A stretch of 64,000 bases of DNA from Pseudomonas aeruginosa PAO1 (lineage in GTDB: Bacteria; Pseudomonadota; Gammaproteobacteria; Pseudomonadales; Pseudomonadaceae). The position numbers were made by a program, and so were the translations under genes. Where the stretch lies: the NCBI RefSeq assembly GCF_000006765.1, contig NC_002516.2; one strand, given 5' to 3'. Shown here piece after piece: positions 37,906 to 47,046 of this stretch. The stretch's first letter is position 1; each line of letters starts with the position of its first letter. The notes beneath the pieces were generated by a model that was given only the letters and a program-made list of their open reading frames with translations, was not told where the DNA came from and did no database searches.

Positions 37906-39255
37906 ATGTCCCGCACCTGGATTCGCAATCCCCTCGCCATCTTCACCGCCAACGGTCTCGACGCCGCCGGCGGCCTGGTCGTCGAAGACGGCCGCATCGT
38001 CGAGCTGCTCGGCGCCGGCCAACAGCCCGCGCAGCCCTGCGCCAGCCAGTTCGACGCCAGCCGGCACGTGGTGTTGCCGGGGCTGGTCAACACCCATCAC
38101 CACTTCTACCAGACCCTCACCCGCGCCTGGGCGCCGGTGGTCAACCAGCCGCTGTTCCCCTGGCTGAAGACCCTCTACCCGGTCTGGGCGCGGCTGACCC
38201 CGGAGAAACTCGAACTGGCCACCAAGGTGGCGCTGGCCGAGCTGCTGTTGTCCGGGTGTACCACTGCCGCCGACCACCACTACCTGTTTCCCGGCGGCCT
38301 CGAACAGGCCATCGACGTGCAGGCCGGGGTGGTCGAGGAACTGGGCATGCGCGCCATGCTCACCCGCGGCTCGATGAGCCTCGGCGAGAAGGACGGCGGC
38401 TTGCCGCCGCAGCAGACGGTGCAGGAGGCCGAGACCATCCTCGCCGACAGCGAGCGACTGATCGCCCGCTACCACCAGCGCGGAGACGGTGCCCGGGTGC
38501 AGATCGCCCTGGCGCCCTGCTCGCCGTTCTCGGTGACTCCGGAGATCATGCGCGCCAGCGCCGAAGTGGCGGCGCGCCATGACGTACGCCTGCACACCCA
38601 CCTGGCGGAGACCCTCGACGAGGAAGACTTCTGCCTGCAGCGCTTCGGCCTGCGTACCGTGGACTACCTGGATAGCGTCGGCTGGCTCGGCCCGCGCACC
38701 TGGCTGGCCCACGGCATCCACTTCAACGCCGAGGAGATCCGCCGGCTCGGCGAGGCGGGCACCGGTATCTGCCATTGCCCGAGTTCGAACATGCGCCTGG
38801 CCTCGGGCATCTGCCCGACCGTGGAGCTGGAGGCGGCCGGCGCGCCGATCGGCCTGGGAGTCGATGGCTCGGCCTCCAACGACGCCTCGAACATGATCCT
38901 CGAGGCGCGCCAGGCCCTGTACCTGCAACGCCTGCGCTACGGCGCCGAGCGGATCACCCCGGAACTCGCCCTGGGCTGGGCCACCCGTGGCTCGGCACGC
39001 CTGCTCGGGCGCAGCGACATCGGCGAGCTGGCCCCCGGCAAGCAGGCCGACCTGGCCTTGTTCAAGCTCGACGAGCTGCGCTTCTCGGGTAGCCACGACC
39101 CGCTCTCGGCGCTGCTGCTGTGCGCTGCCGACCGCGCCGACCGGGTAATGGTCGGCGGCGCCTGGCGAGTGGTCGACGGTGCCGTGGAGGGCCTCGACCT
39201 GGCCGCCCTGATCGCCCGCCACCGCGCTGCGGCGAGTGCCCTGATCGCCGGTTGA
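37906..39255 (+). CDS. Amidohydrolase family deaminase, 8-oxoguanine deaminase type
   Basis: PGLVNTHHHFYQTLTR, APCSPFSV, HTHLAET, CPSSNMRLASG and GVDGSASND motifs. Confidence 0.88.
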   Translation: MSRTWIRNPLAIFTANGLDAAGGLVVEDGRIVELLGAGQQPAQPCASQFDASRHVVLPGLVNTHHHFYQTLTRAWAPVVNQPLFPWLKTLYPVWARLTPEKLELATKVALAELLLSGCTTAADHHYLFPGGLEQAIDVQAGVVEELGMRAMLTRGSMSLGEKDGGLPPQQTVQEAETILADSERLIARYHQRGDGARVQIALAPCSPFSVTPEIMRASAEVAARHDVRLHTHLAETLDEEDFCLQRFGLRTVDYLDSVGWLGPRTWLAHGIHFNAEEIRRLGEAGTGICHCPSSNMRLASGICPTVELEAAGAPIGLGVDGSASNDASNMILEARQALYLQRLRYGAERITPELALGWATRGSARLLGRSDIGELAPGKQADLALFKLDELRFSGSHDPLSALLLCAADRADRVMVGGAWRVVDGAVEGLDLAALIARHRAAASALIAG

Positions 39256-39362
39256 TGCGGGTTCCGGTAGGGGAAGCGCCGTGCTTCCTCTGTCGGTTCG
39301 CATAGGTCGGCGCGTGGCCCGCAACTGGCTAGACTGTGGCATTCCCCACCAGGAGCCGCCCC

Positions 39363-40415
39363 ATGTCACGCGCCGCCCGCCCATGCAATCGCTTTTGCAG
39401 CCTTCTGCTAGGACTCGCCCTGCTGATGCCCGCCAGCCTTCCTCTGTCCGCTGCCGAAACGGTGGCGCCGCCATCGCCGCGGACGCTGATCATCGACACC
39501 GATCCGGGCGCCGACGATGTGATCGCCCTGCTGTTCGCCATGGCCTCGCCGAAGGAGCTGAAGATCCAGGCGCTGACCACCGTCGCCGGCAACGTGCCGC
39601 TGGAAAAGACCGCGCGTAACGCCCGGCTGGCCCGCGAGTGGGGCAAGCGCCCGGATATCCCGGTCTACGCCGGCGCCCCGCGACCGCTGCTGCGCACGCC
39701 GATCTACGCCGCCGACGTGCACGGCAGCGAAGGCATCAGCGGCGTCGAGGTGCATGAGCCGAAGCAGCCGCTGGCCGAAGGTAACGCCGTGGACTACCTG
39801 ATCCGCACCTTGCGTGCGGCGCCGGAGAAGAGCGTGACCCTGGCCATGCTCGGCCCGGAGACCAACCTCGCGCTGGCCCTGACCCAGGCCCCGGACATCG
39901 TCAAGGGCGTCCGCGAGATCGTGATCATGGGCGGCGCCCACTTCAACGGCGGCAACATCACCCCGGCCGCCGAATTCAATATCTTCGCCGACCCCCACGC
40001 GGCGGAAATCGTGCTCAAGAGCGGGGCGCCGATCACCATGCTGCCGCTCGACGTGACCCACAAGATCCTCACCAGCCCCGAGCGCATCGCCAAGCTGCGC
40101 AACCTCGGCAACCAGGCCGGCAAGACCGTCGCCGACATCCTCGACGCCTACGTCCAGTACGACATCAAGTACTACGGCCTGAAGGGCGGCCCGGTGCACG
40201 ACGCCACGGTGGTCGCCTACCTGCTCAAGCCCTCGCTGTTCAAGGGCAAGCGGATCAACGTGCAGGTCGACAGCCGCGAGGGCATCACCTTCGGCCAGAC
40301 CGTGGCCGACTGGTACGGCGGCCTCAAGCAGCCGGCCAACGTCGAGTGGATCAACGAGGGCGATGCCCAGGGGTTCTTCGACCTGCTCACCGAGCGTATC
40401 GCCCGCCTGCCCTGA
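39363..40415 (+). CDS. nuh: Nucleoside hydrolase (IU-NH family) with predicted Sec signal peptide
   Basis: IIDTDPGADD, AEFNIFADP and VHDA motifs. AGGAG RBS at 39351 precedes ATG 39363. Confidence 0.9.
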   Translation: MSRAARPCNRFCSLLLGLALLMPASLPLSAAETVAPPSPRTLIIDTDPGADDVIALLFAMASPKELKIQALTTVAGNVPLEKTARNARLAREWGKRPDIPVYAGAPRPLLRTPIYAADVHGSEGISGVEVHEPKQPLAEGNAVDYLIRTLRAAPEKSVTLAMLGPETNLALALTQAPDIVKGVREIVIMGGAHFNGGNITPAAEFNIFADPHAAEIVLKSGAPITMLPLDVTHKILTSPERIAKLRNLGNQAGKTVADILDAYVQYDIKYYGLKGGPVHDATVVAYLLKPSLFKGKRINVQVDSREGITFGQTVADWYGGLKQPANVEWINEGDAQGFFDLLTERIARLP

Positions 40416-40442
40416 GTCTCTCGTCGTACGGCCGGCGCCGGG

Positions 40443-41069
40443 TCAGCCGTGGCGCCGGCTGGCGAGTTGGCGCAGGGCCTGCTCGGCGTCGCCGACGACT
40501 AGCGTTGCCGGCACCGCCAGCATCAGGTTGAGCGGCAGGCCGAACTCTTCCAGGGTCATGCCGTCGCGGTCGCGGGTCGGATCCTCGCCGATCAGCTCCG
40601 GGGCGTGCCGGCGGATTCGCTCGGCGTAGCTGCCGGCGTCGTCGACGTAGCCATAGACCGGCTTGCCGAGGGCGGTGGCATAGCCGACCTCGAAGGCGGT
40701 GCCGCTGTCCGGCTCGGCGCCGCGGAAGAAGTTCAGGTTGGCCAGCACCGCGTCGGCGCGTTCGATCAGGCCGATGTTGGCGCGGTAGATCCAGGCCGCC
40801 TGTTCGCGCGGCTCGGCGAGCTGTTTCGGCAGCGCGTTGTCCAGCGGGTAGAGGCCTTCGAAGCCGTAGCGTGCGCACAGTGCCTTGAGCGCTTCGCCGT
40901 GGGCGACGGCGTCGGCGCGGAACACGTCGGGACCGGCCAGATAGAGTTTCCGCGGTCTGGCCGCGGCGCGTACGCCCGGCAGGCTGCCGAGCAGGGCGCC
41001 GGCGGGCAGCAGCAGGGCCGCCAGGCGCAAGAAGGTACGACGGCTGCTGGAACCGTTGGATCGGCTCAT
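40443..41069 (-). CDS. Nucleoside 2'-deoxyribosyltransferase family protein with twin-arginine signal
   Basis: LYLAGPDVF, EPDSGTAFEVGYA.ALGKP and FGLPLNLML motifs; N-terminal SRRTFLR plus h-region. Confidence 0.87.
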   Translation of the reverse strand: MSRSNGSSSRRTFLRLAALLLPAGALLGSLPGVRAAARPRKLYLAGPDVFRADAVAHGEALKALCARYGFEGLYPLDNALPKQLAEPREQAAWIYRANIGLIERADAVLANLNFFRGAEPDSGTAFEVGYATALGKPVYGYVDDAGSYAERIRRHAPELIGEDPTRDRDGMTLEEFGLPLNLMLAVPATLVVGDAEQALRQLASRRHG

Positions 41070-41218
41070 CGGATGCTCCCCCCAGGATGCCGGACGCCCC
41101 GCGCGGGGGCCGTTGTTGTCCGGGGATTATGGGCAGCAAGCGACATGCCAGGCGGCGCCTACCTGTCAGCAGATAGGCGGCGGCTCGCGTGCTTCTTCCG
41201 GCGCTCGGCGCGGGCGCT

Positions 41219-41737
41219 TCAGGCGTTCCCGCCGAGTTCCTCGGCGAGGCGTCGCAGGGCCTCGCGCGGGCCGCCGGCGACCAGCCGCGAAGGCACCGCC
41301 AGCATCAGGTTCAATGGCAGGCCGAAACCCTCCAGTTGCCAACCGTCGCGGTCCTCGCCGGGGTGCTCGCCGAGCCATTCCGGGGCCAGCCGGGCGAGGC
41401 GCTCGGCGTAGGCGCCGGCATCGCTGAGGTAGGCATATACCGGCTTGCCCAGGGCCAGGGCGTAACCCACTTCGAAGGCGGTGCCGCTGTCCGGCTCGCT
41501 GCCGCGGAACGGTTCGAGGTTGGCCAGCACGCAGTCGGCGCGCTCGATCAGGCCGACATTGGCGCGGTAGATCCAGGCGGCCTGTGCGGCTGGCTCGCGG
41601 ATGTCGGCGGGCAGGGCGTGGTCGAGCGGGTAGAGGCCGACGAAGCCGAACTCGGCGCAGAGCGCCTTGAGGGTTTCGCCATGGGCTTCGGCGTCGGGGC
41701 GGAAGACGTCCGGCCCGGCCAGGTAGATCGCGGTCAT
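41219..41737 (-). CDS. Nucleoside 2'-deoxyribosyltransferase family protein (cytoplasmic paralogue)
   Basis: Same motifs as the neighbouring gene; no signal peptide. Confidence 0.87.
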   Translation of the reverse strand: MTAIYLAGPDVFRPDAEAHGETLKALCAEFGFVGLYPLDHALPADIREPAAQAAWIYRANVGLIERADCVLANLEPFRGSEPDSGTAFEVGYALALGKPVYAYLSDAGAYAERLARLAPEWLGEHPGEDRDGWQLEGFGLPLNLMLAVPSRLVAGGPREALRRLAEELGGNA

Positions 41738-41890
41738 CGCGTGCGTGCCTTGTTACGGAAAGCCAGCGCCCATGGTAGCGCCATCGTGGCGGCGCCGGCA
41801 TGCACCAAGCGATGGCGCGCTGCACCGTCCTGCAGCCGCGCCGGCATGACGCGGCGCGCAGAAGCGCGAGCTTGAGCGGAGTTGTCCGGG

Positions 41891-41906
41891 TGGTCAGGTA
41901 ATTGCA
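41891..41906 (+). promoter_or_regulatory. Sigma-54 -24/-12 promoter upstream of the BMP gene
   Basis: TGGTCAGGTAATTGCA with GG-N10-GC spacing; 14/16 identical to 30363-30378. Confidence 0.6.
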
Positions 41907-41975
41907 TCGGCGGGCGGGCTGAACGCGAAGCCACGCCCGATGGCCAACCCTGCACTCACCGGAGCACGCCCATCC

Positions 41976-43073
41976 ATGAAACACCGTCGCACGCAATCCC
42001 GCATGTCCGTCCTGCGCCGCCTTGCCGCCGTCCTCGGCCTCGGCGCCTGCGCTCTCGCCGCCGAGGCCGCCGAACCACTGAAGATCGGCTTCGTCTATGT
42101 CGGCCCGGTCGGCGACCACGGCTGGACCTACCAGCACGAACTGGGCCGCCGCGAACTGGTGGAGCACTTCGGCGACAAGGTGAAGACCAGCTTCGTCGAG
42201 AACGTCGCCGAGGGCGCCGACGCCGAGCGGGTCATCCGCAACCTGGCGAAAGACGGCTACGGCCTGGTCTTCACCACCTCCTTCGGCTACATGAACCCTA
42301 CCGCCAAGGTGGCCCGGCAGTTTCCCAAGGTGACCTTCGAGCACGCCACCGGCTACAAGCGCGACAGGAACCTCGGCACCTACCTGTCGCGCTCCTACGA
42401 GGGACGCTACGTCGGCGGCTTCCTCGCGGCGAAGATGACCCGCAGCCACAAGATCGGCTACATCGCCTCGTTTCCGATTCCCGAGGTGATCCGCGACATC
42501 AACGCGATCCAGCTGGCGCTGGACAAATACGACCCGCAGGCCGAACTCAAGGTGATGTGGGTGAGCACCTGGTTCGATCCGGGCAAGGAGGCCGACGCGG
42601 CCAACGCGCTGATCGACCAGGGCGTCGACGTGGTGTTCCAGCACACCGATAGCCCGGCGCCGATCCAGGCCGCCGAGCGTCGCGGGGTGTACGCCGTGGG
42701 CTACGCCTCGGACATGCAGCACTTCGGTCCGAAGACCGTGCTCACCTCGATCGTCAACGACTGGGGCCCGCACTATATCCGCTCGGCCCAGGCGGTGATG
42801 GACGGCACCTGGAAATCCGAGGACTTCTGGGGTGGCCTGGCCGAGAGTACGGTGGTCCTGCCGCTGAACCAGGAGGTGCTGCCGGCGCCGGTGCGGGAAG
42901 AGGCGGGCAGGCTGATCGAGTCGATCCGCAGCGGAGCCTTCCACCCCTTCACCGGGCCGATCCGCGACCAGTCCGGCAAGGAGCGTTTCGCCGCCGGCGT
43001 CAGCGCGACCAAGGCCGACCTGGCGTCGATGAACTATTACGTGGAAGGCATCAAGGCCGACCTGCCGAAGTGA
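41976..43073 (+). CDS. BMP family ABC substrate-binding protein (purine/nucleoside)
   Basis: IGFVYVGPVGDHGWTYQHE, FTTSFGYM and LIDQGVDVVFQHTDS motifs; signal peptide. Confidence 0.92.
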   Translation: MKHRRTQSRMSVLRRLAAVLGLGACALAAEAAEPLKIGFVYVGPVGDHGWTYQHELGRRELVEHFGDKVKTSFVENVAEGADAERVIRNLAKDGYGLVFTTSFGYMNPTAKVARQFPKVTFEHATGYKRDRNLGTYLSRSYEGRYVGGFLAAKMTRSHKIGYIASFPIPEVIRDINAIQLALDKYDPQAELKVMWVSTWFDPGKEADAANALIDQGVDVVFQHTDSPAPIQAAERRGVYAVGYASDMQHFGPKTVLTSIVNDWGPHYIRSAQAVMDGTWKSEDFWGGLAESTVVLPLNQEVLPAPVREEAGRLIESIRSGAFHPFTGPIRDQSGKERFAAGVSATKADLASMNYYVEGIKADLPK

Positions 43074-43145
43074 GCCCTGGCCTTGTATGGAAAAAGTCGC
43101 CGAGCGCAGGCATTTTCCGTACAGGACCCATCGAGGAGAGCGCGA

Positions 43146-44108
43146 TTGGACCGTCTACCCATCATCGACATCGCCCCGCTCTACGGCGCCGACCGTGGCG
43201 CCTGGAACGACGTGGCGCGGCGGATCGACCAGGCCTGCCGCGAGTGGGGCTTCTTCTACATCGCCGGACACCCGTTGCCGGCCGCGCGCTTCGAAGCCCT
43301 GCTGGCGGCGGCGCGGGAGTTCTTCGCGCTGCCCGTCGAAGAGAAGCTGAAGATCGATATCACCCGTAGCCGCAATCATCGCGGCTATGGCGCGATCGCC
43401 ACCGAGCAGCTCGACCCGGCGTTGCCCAGCGACTTCAAGGAGACCTTCGACATGGCCCTGCACCTGCCGGCGGAGCATCCCGACGTGCGCGCCGGCAAAT
43501 CCTTCTACGGGCCCAACCGACACCCCGACCTGCCCGGCTGGGAGGCCCTGCTGGAAGGACACTATGCCGACATGCTGGCGCTGGCCCGTACCGTGCTGCG
43601 CGCCCTGGCCATCGCCCTGGGGATCGAGGAGGACTTCTTCGATCGCCGCTTCGAGCAGCCGGTCAGCGTGTTCCGCCTGATCCACTATCCGCCGGCCTCG
43701 GCCCGGCAGAGCGCCGACCAGCCCGGCGCCGGCGCGCACACCGACTACGGCTGCGTGACCCTGCTCTACCAGGACGCCGCCGGTGGCCTGCAAGTGCAGA
43801 ACCGCCAGGGCGAATGGATCGACGCGCCGCCCATCGACGGCACCTTCGTGGTCAACATCGGCGACATGATGGCGCGCTGGAGCAACGACCGTTACCGCTC
43901 GACCCCGCACCGGGTGATCAGCCCGCGCGGGGTGCACCGCTACTCCATGCCGTTCTTCGCCGAACCGCACATGGACACCGAGATCCGCTGCCTGCCGGGC
44001 TGCTTCGACGCGGACAACCCGCCGAAGTATCCGCCGACCACCTGTGGCGATTGGCTGACCTCGCGCTTCGCGCAGACCTATGCCTATCGGCGCGGCGAAA
44101 CGGCCTGA
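43146..44108 (+). CDS. 2-oxoglutarate/Fe(II) dioxygenase (DIOX_N + 2OG-FeII_Oxy)
   Basis: LPIIDI, WGFFYI, HTDYG (HxD), STPHRV (H) and RYS motifs. TTG start after GAGGAG. Confidence 0.88.
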   Translation: MDRLPIIDIAPLYGADRGAWNDVARRIDQACREWGFFYIAGHPLPAARFEALLAAAREFFALPVEEKLKIDITRSRNHRGYGAIATEQLDPALPSDFKETFDMALHLPAEHPDVRAGKSFYGPNRHPDLPGWEALLEGHYADMLALARTVLRALAIALGIEEDFFDRRFEQPVSVFRLIHYPPASARQSADQPGAGAHTDYGCVTLLYQDAAGGLQVQNRQGEWIDAPPIDGTFVVNIGDMMARWSNDRYRSTPHRVISPRGVHRYSMPFFAEPHMDTEIRCLPGCFDADNPPKYPPTTCGDWLTSRFAQTYAYRRGETA

Positions 44109-44197
44109 GCCGCCCGTCGCGCGCGGGAGCGGCTCGTGGGTTTGCCGCGGGCCTGACTCCCGGGACAGGTTAAACTTGCCGGCCAAGACCAGCCTGA

Positions 44198-45163
<966 letters not shown>

Positions 45164-45232
45164 GGGGCGGCGTGCCGGGTAGCCCGGCGCGCGACCCGCA
45201 AGGCGTTTCGTCGTCGCCGGCTTCTCGGTATT

Positions 45233-45251
45233 GATGATAAGCATTATCATT
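45233..45251. promoter_or_regulatory. Fur box upstream of the ECF sigma gene
   Basis: TGATAAG-C-ATTATCA (45235-45249), one mismatch from the 7-1-7 Fur consensus. Confidence 0.85.
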
Positions 45252-45318
45252 TGCGGGCCTGCTCAGCATTCCCATGGCGCCGCGCCCGGCGCCGGCTTTC
45301 GTGCAGCCGTCCTCACCG

Positions 45319-45906
45319 ATGCCCGACCGCGACTTACCTCCCGGCCCGCGCCCGGATGCCTTGCCGGCAGACGGCGAGGCGGCGCGCCGCGCGGATCTCC
45401 TCAAGGCCTTCCTGGCCCAGCGCCAGCGCATGGAAAGCCTGGTCAGCCGCTGGGTCGGCTGCCGGGCGACCGCCGCCGACCTGGTCCAGGAACTGTTCCT
45501 GCGCTTCTGGCGGCGCCCGGCCGCCCCGGTGGAGGAGCTTGGCAGCTACCTCCTGCGCAGCGCGCGCAACCTGGCCATCGACCACTTGCGTGGCGAAGGA
45601 TCGCGGCAACGGCAACTGGACGATTGGCTGCCGGAGCAGCGCCAGGGCGAGCCGGTCGGTCCCGAGCAGGCGCTCGAGGCCGGCGACCAGTGGCGCCGGG
45701 TCGAGGCCGCCTTGCGCGGCCTGCCCGAGCGGACCCGGCGGATTTTCCTGCTCAATCGCATCCACGGCCGCACCTACGCGGAGATCGCCCAGGCCATGCA
45801 GCTTTCCCAAAGCGCCGTGGAAAAACATATGATGCGCGCCCTCGACGCCTGCAAGGCGAGCCTGGCCGGCCCGGCCGGCGAGCAGGCAAGGAGCGCCCAG
45901 CCATGA
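45319..45906 (+). CDS. ECF sigma factor, FecI-like
   Basis: AADLVQELFLRFW, YLLRSARNLAIDHLR and RRIFLLNRIHGRTYAEIA motifs. Start is uncertain (ATG 45319 or TTG 45361). Confidence 0.9.
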   Translation: MPDRDLPPGPRPDALPADGEAARRADLLKAFLAQRQRMESLVSRWVGCRATAADLVQELFLRFWRRPAAPVEELGSYLLRSARNLAIDHLRGEGSRQRQLDDWLPEQRQGEPVGPEQALEAGDQWRRVEAALRGLPERTRRIFLLNRIHGRTYAEIAQAMQLSQSAVEKHMMRALDACKASLAGPAGEQARSAQP

Positions 45907-46898
45907 CTCGACCCGATAGCGACGCCGCGCCCTACGAGCCCGTCCTCGAGCAGACCGCCCAGGCCTGGCTGGTGCGCCTGCGCGGTACGCCGGATGCGGC
46001 GACCCGGCGGGCCTTCGAGGACTGGCTGGCGCAGCGGCCGGCGCATGCCGAGGCCTATGCCCGCGCCGAGGCGCTCTGGCGCCTGACGGAAATACCGGCG
46101 AGCCGCCTGGCCATCGAAGAGGCCGATGCCCTGGAAGCCTACCTGCGGCCGCGCCGAGCGTCGCGCAACCCGCGGCGCTGGGCCTACCCGCTGGCCAGCG
46201 TCGCCTGCCTGCTGGCGATGCTTTGGCTGGGCGGCTGGTGGCAGCCCGGCGACTGGCTGCAGGACTGGCGTGCCGACTATGTCGCCGCGCCGGGACAGGT
46301 CGCCGAATGGAAGCTGGCCGATGGCTCCTACCTGAGCCTGGACGCCGGCAGCGCGGTGCGCGTGCGTATCGACGGCGGCCAGCGGCGGGTCGAACTGCTG
46401 CGCGGCGCCGCCGCGTTGCGGGTGAAGCGCGACGCGCTGCCATTCGTGGTCGAGGCCGGCGAAGGTCGGGCGCGGGTACTGGGCACCGAGTTCGAGGTCC
46501 GTCGCGGCGCCGGGGCGACCCGCGTCACCGTGTTGCAAGGGCGGGTCGCGGTGAGCGCCGGCACCGGTGCGGGCGCCGCCGAGGAAGTGCTGGGCGCCGG
46601 CCAGCAGGTCGGCTTCGCCGACGGCAAGCTGGGCCGGCCCGTGGCCATCGACGCCGCCGCCGCGCTGGCCTGGCGCCAGGGTTGGCTGAGCTTCTACCGG
46701 CGGCCGCTGGCGGAAGTGCTCGACGAACTCGCTCGCTACTACCCCGGACGCATTCTCCTGCTCGACGACGCGCTCGGTCGCCAGCCGGTCAGCGGCAGCT
46801 TCCGCAGCGATGATCCCGAAGCCGCGCTGAAGTCGCTGCAGGCGGTGCTCGGCTATCGCCAGCAGATCCTGTTCGGACGCCTGGTGGTGATTCGCTGA
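45903..46898 (+). CDS. FecR-like anti-sigma/transmembrane sensor
   Basis: AQAWLVRL...FEDWL, one TM segment, LADGSYLSLDAGS, VLGTEFEV and AWRQGWL motifs. Confidence 0.92.
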   Translation: MTRPDSDAAPYEPVLEQTAQAWLVRLRGTPDAATRRAFEDWLAQRPAHAEAYARAEALWRLTEIPASRLAIEEADALEAYLRPRRASRNPRRWAYPLASVACLLAMLWLGGWWQPGDWLQDWRADYVAAPGQVAEWKLADGSYLSLDAGSAVRVRIDGGQRRVELLRGAAALRVKRDALPFVVEAGEGRARVLGTEFEVRRGAGATRVTVLQGRVAVSAGTGAGAAEEVLGAGQQVGFADGKLGRPVAIDAAAALAWRQGWLSFYRRPLAEVLDELARYYPGRILLLDDALGRQPVSGSFRSDDPEAALKSLQAVLGYRQQILFGRLVVIR

Positions 46899-47046
46899 CG
46901 GTGGCCCCGGTCCGTTTGGCCGCAGGAATCTTTCCCGGCGAAGAATTTTTTTGCCCTGCGGGGGTGAGGTAAATCCGGCGCCGCTTCGTGTAGTGCTCAT
47001 GACCGCGATTGATTCGCATTAGAAAAGCGACCGACACGAGCAACCC

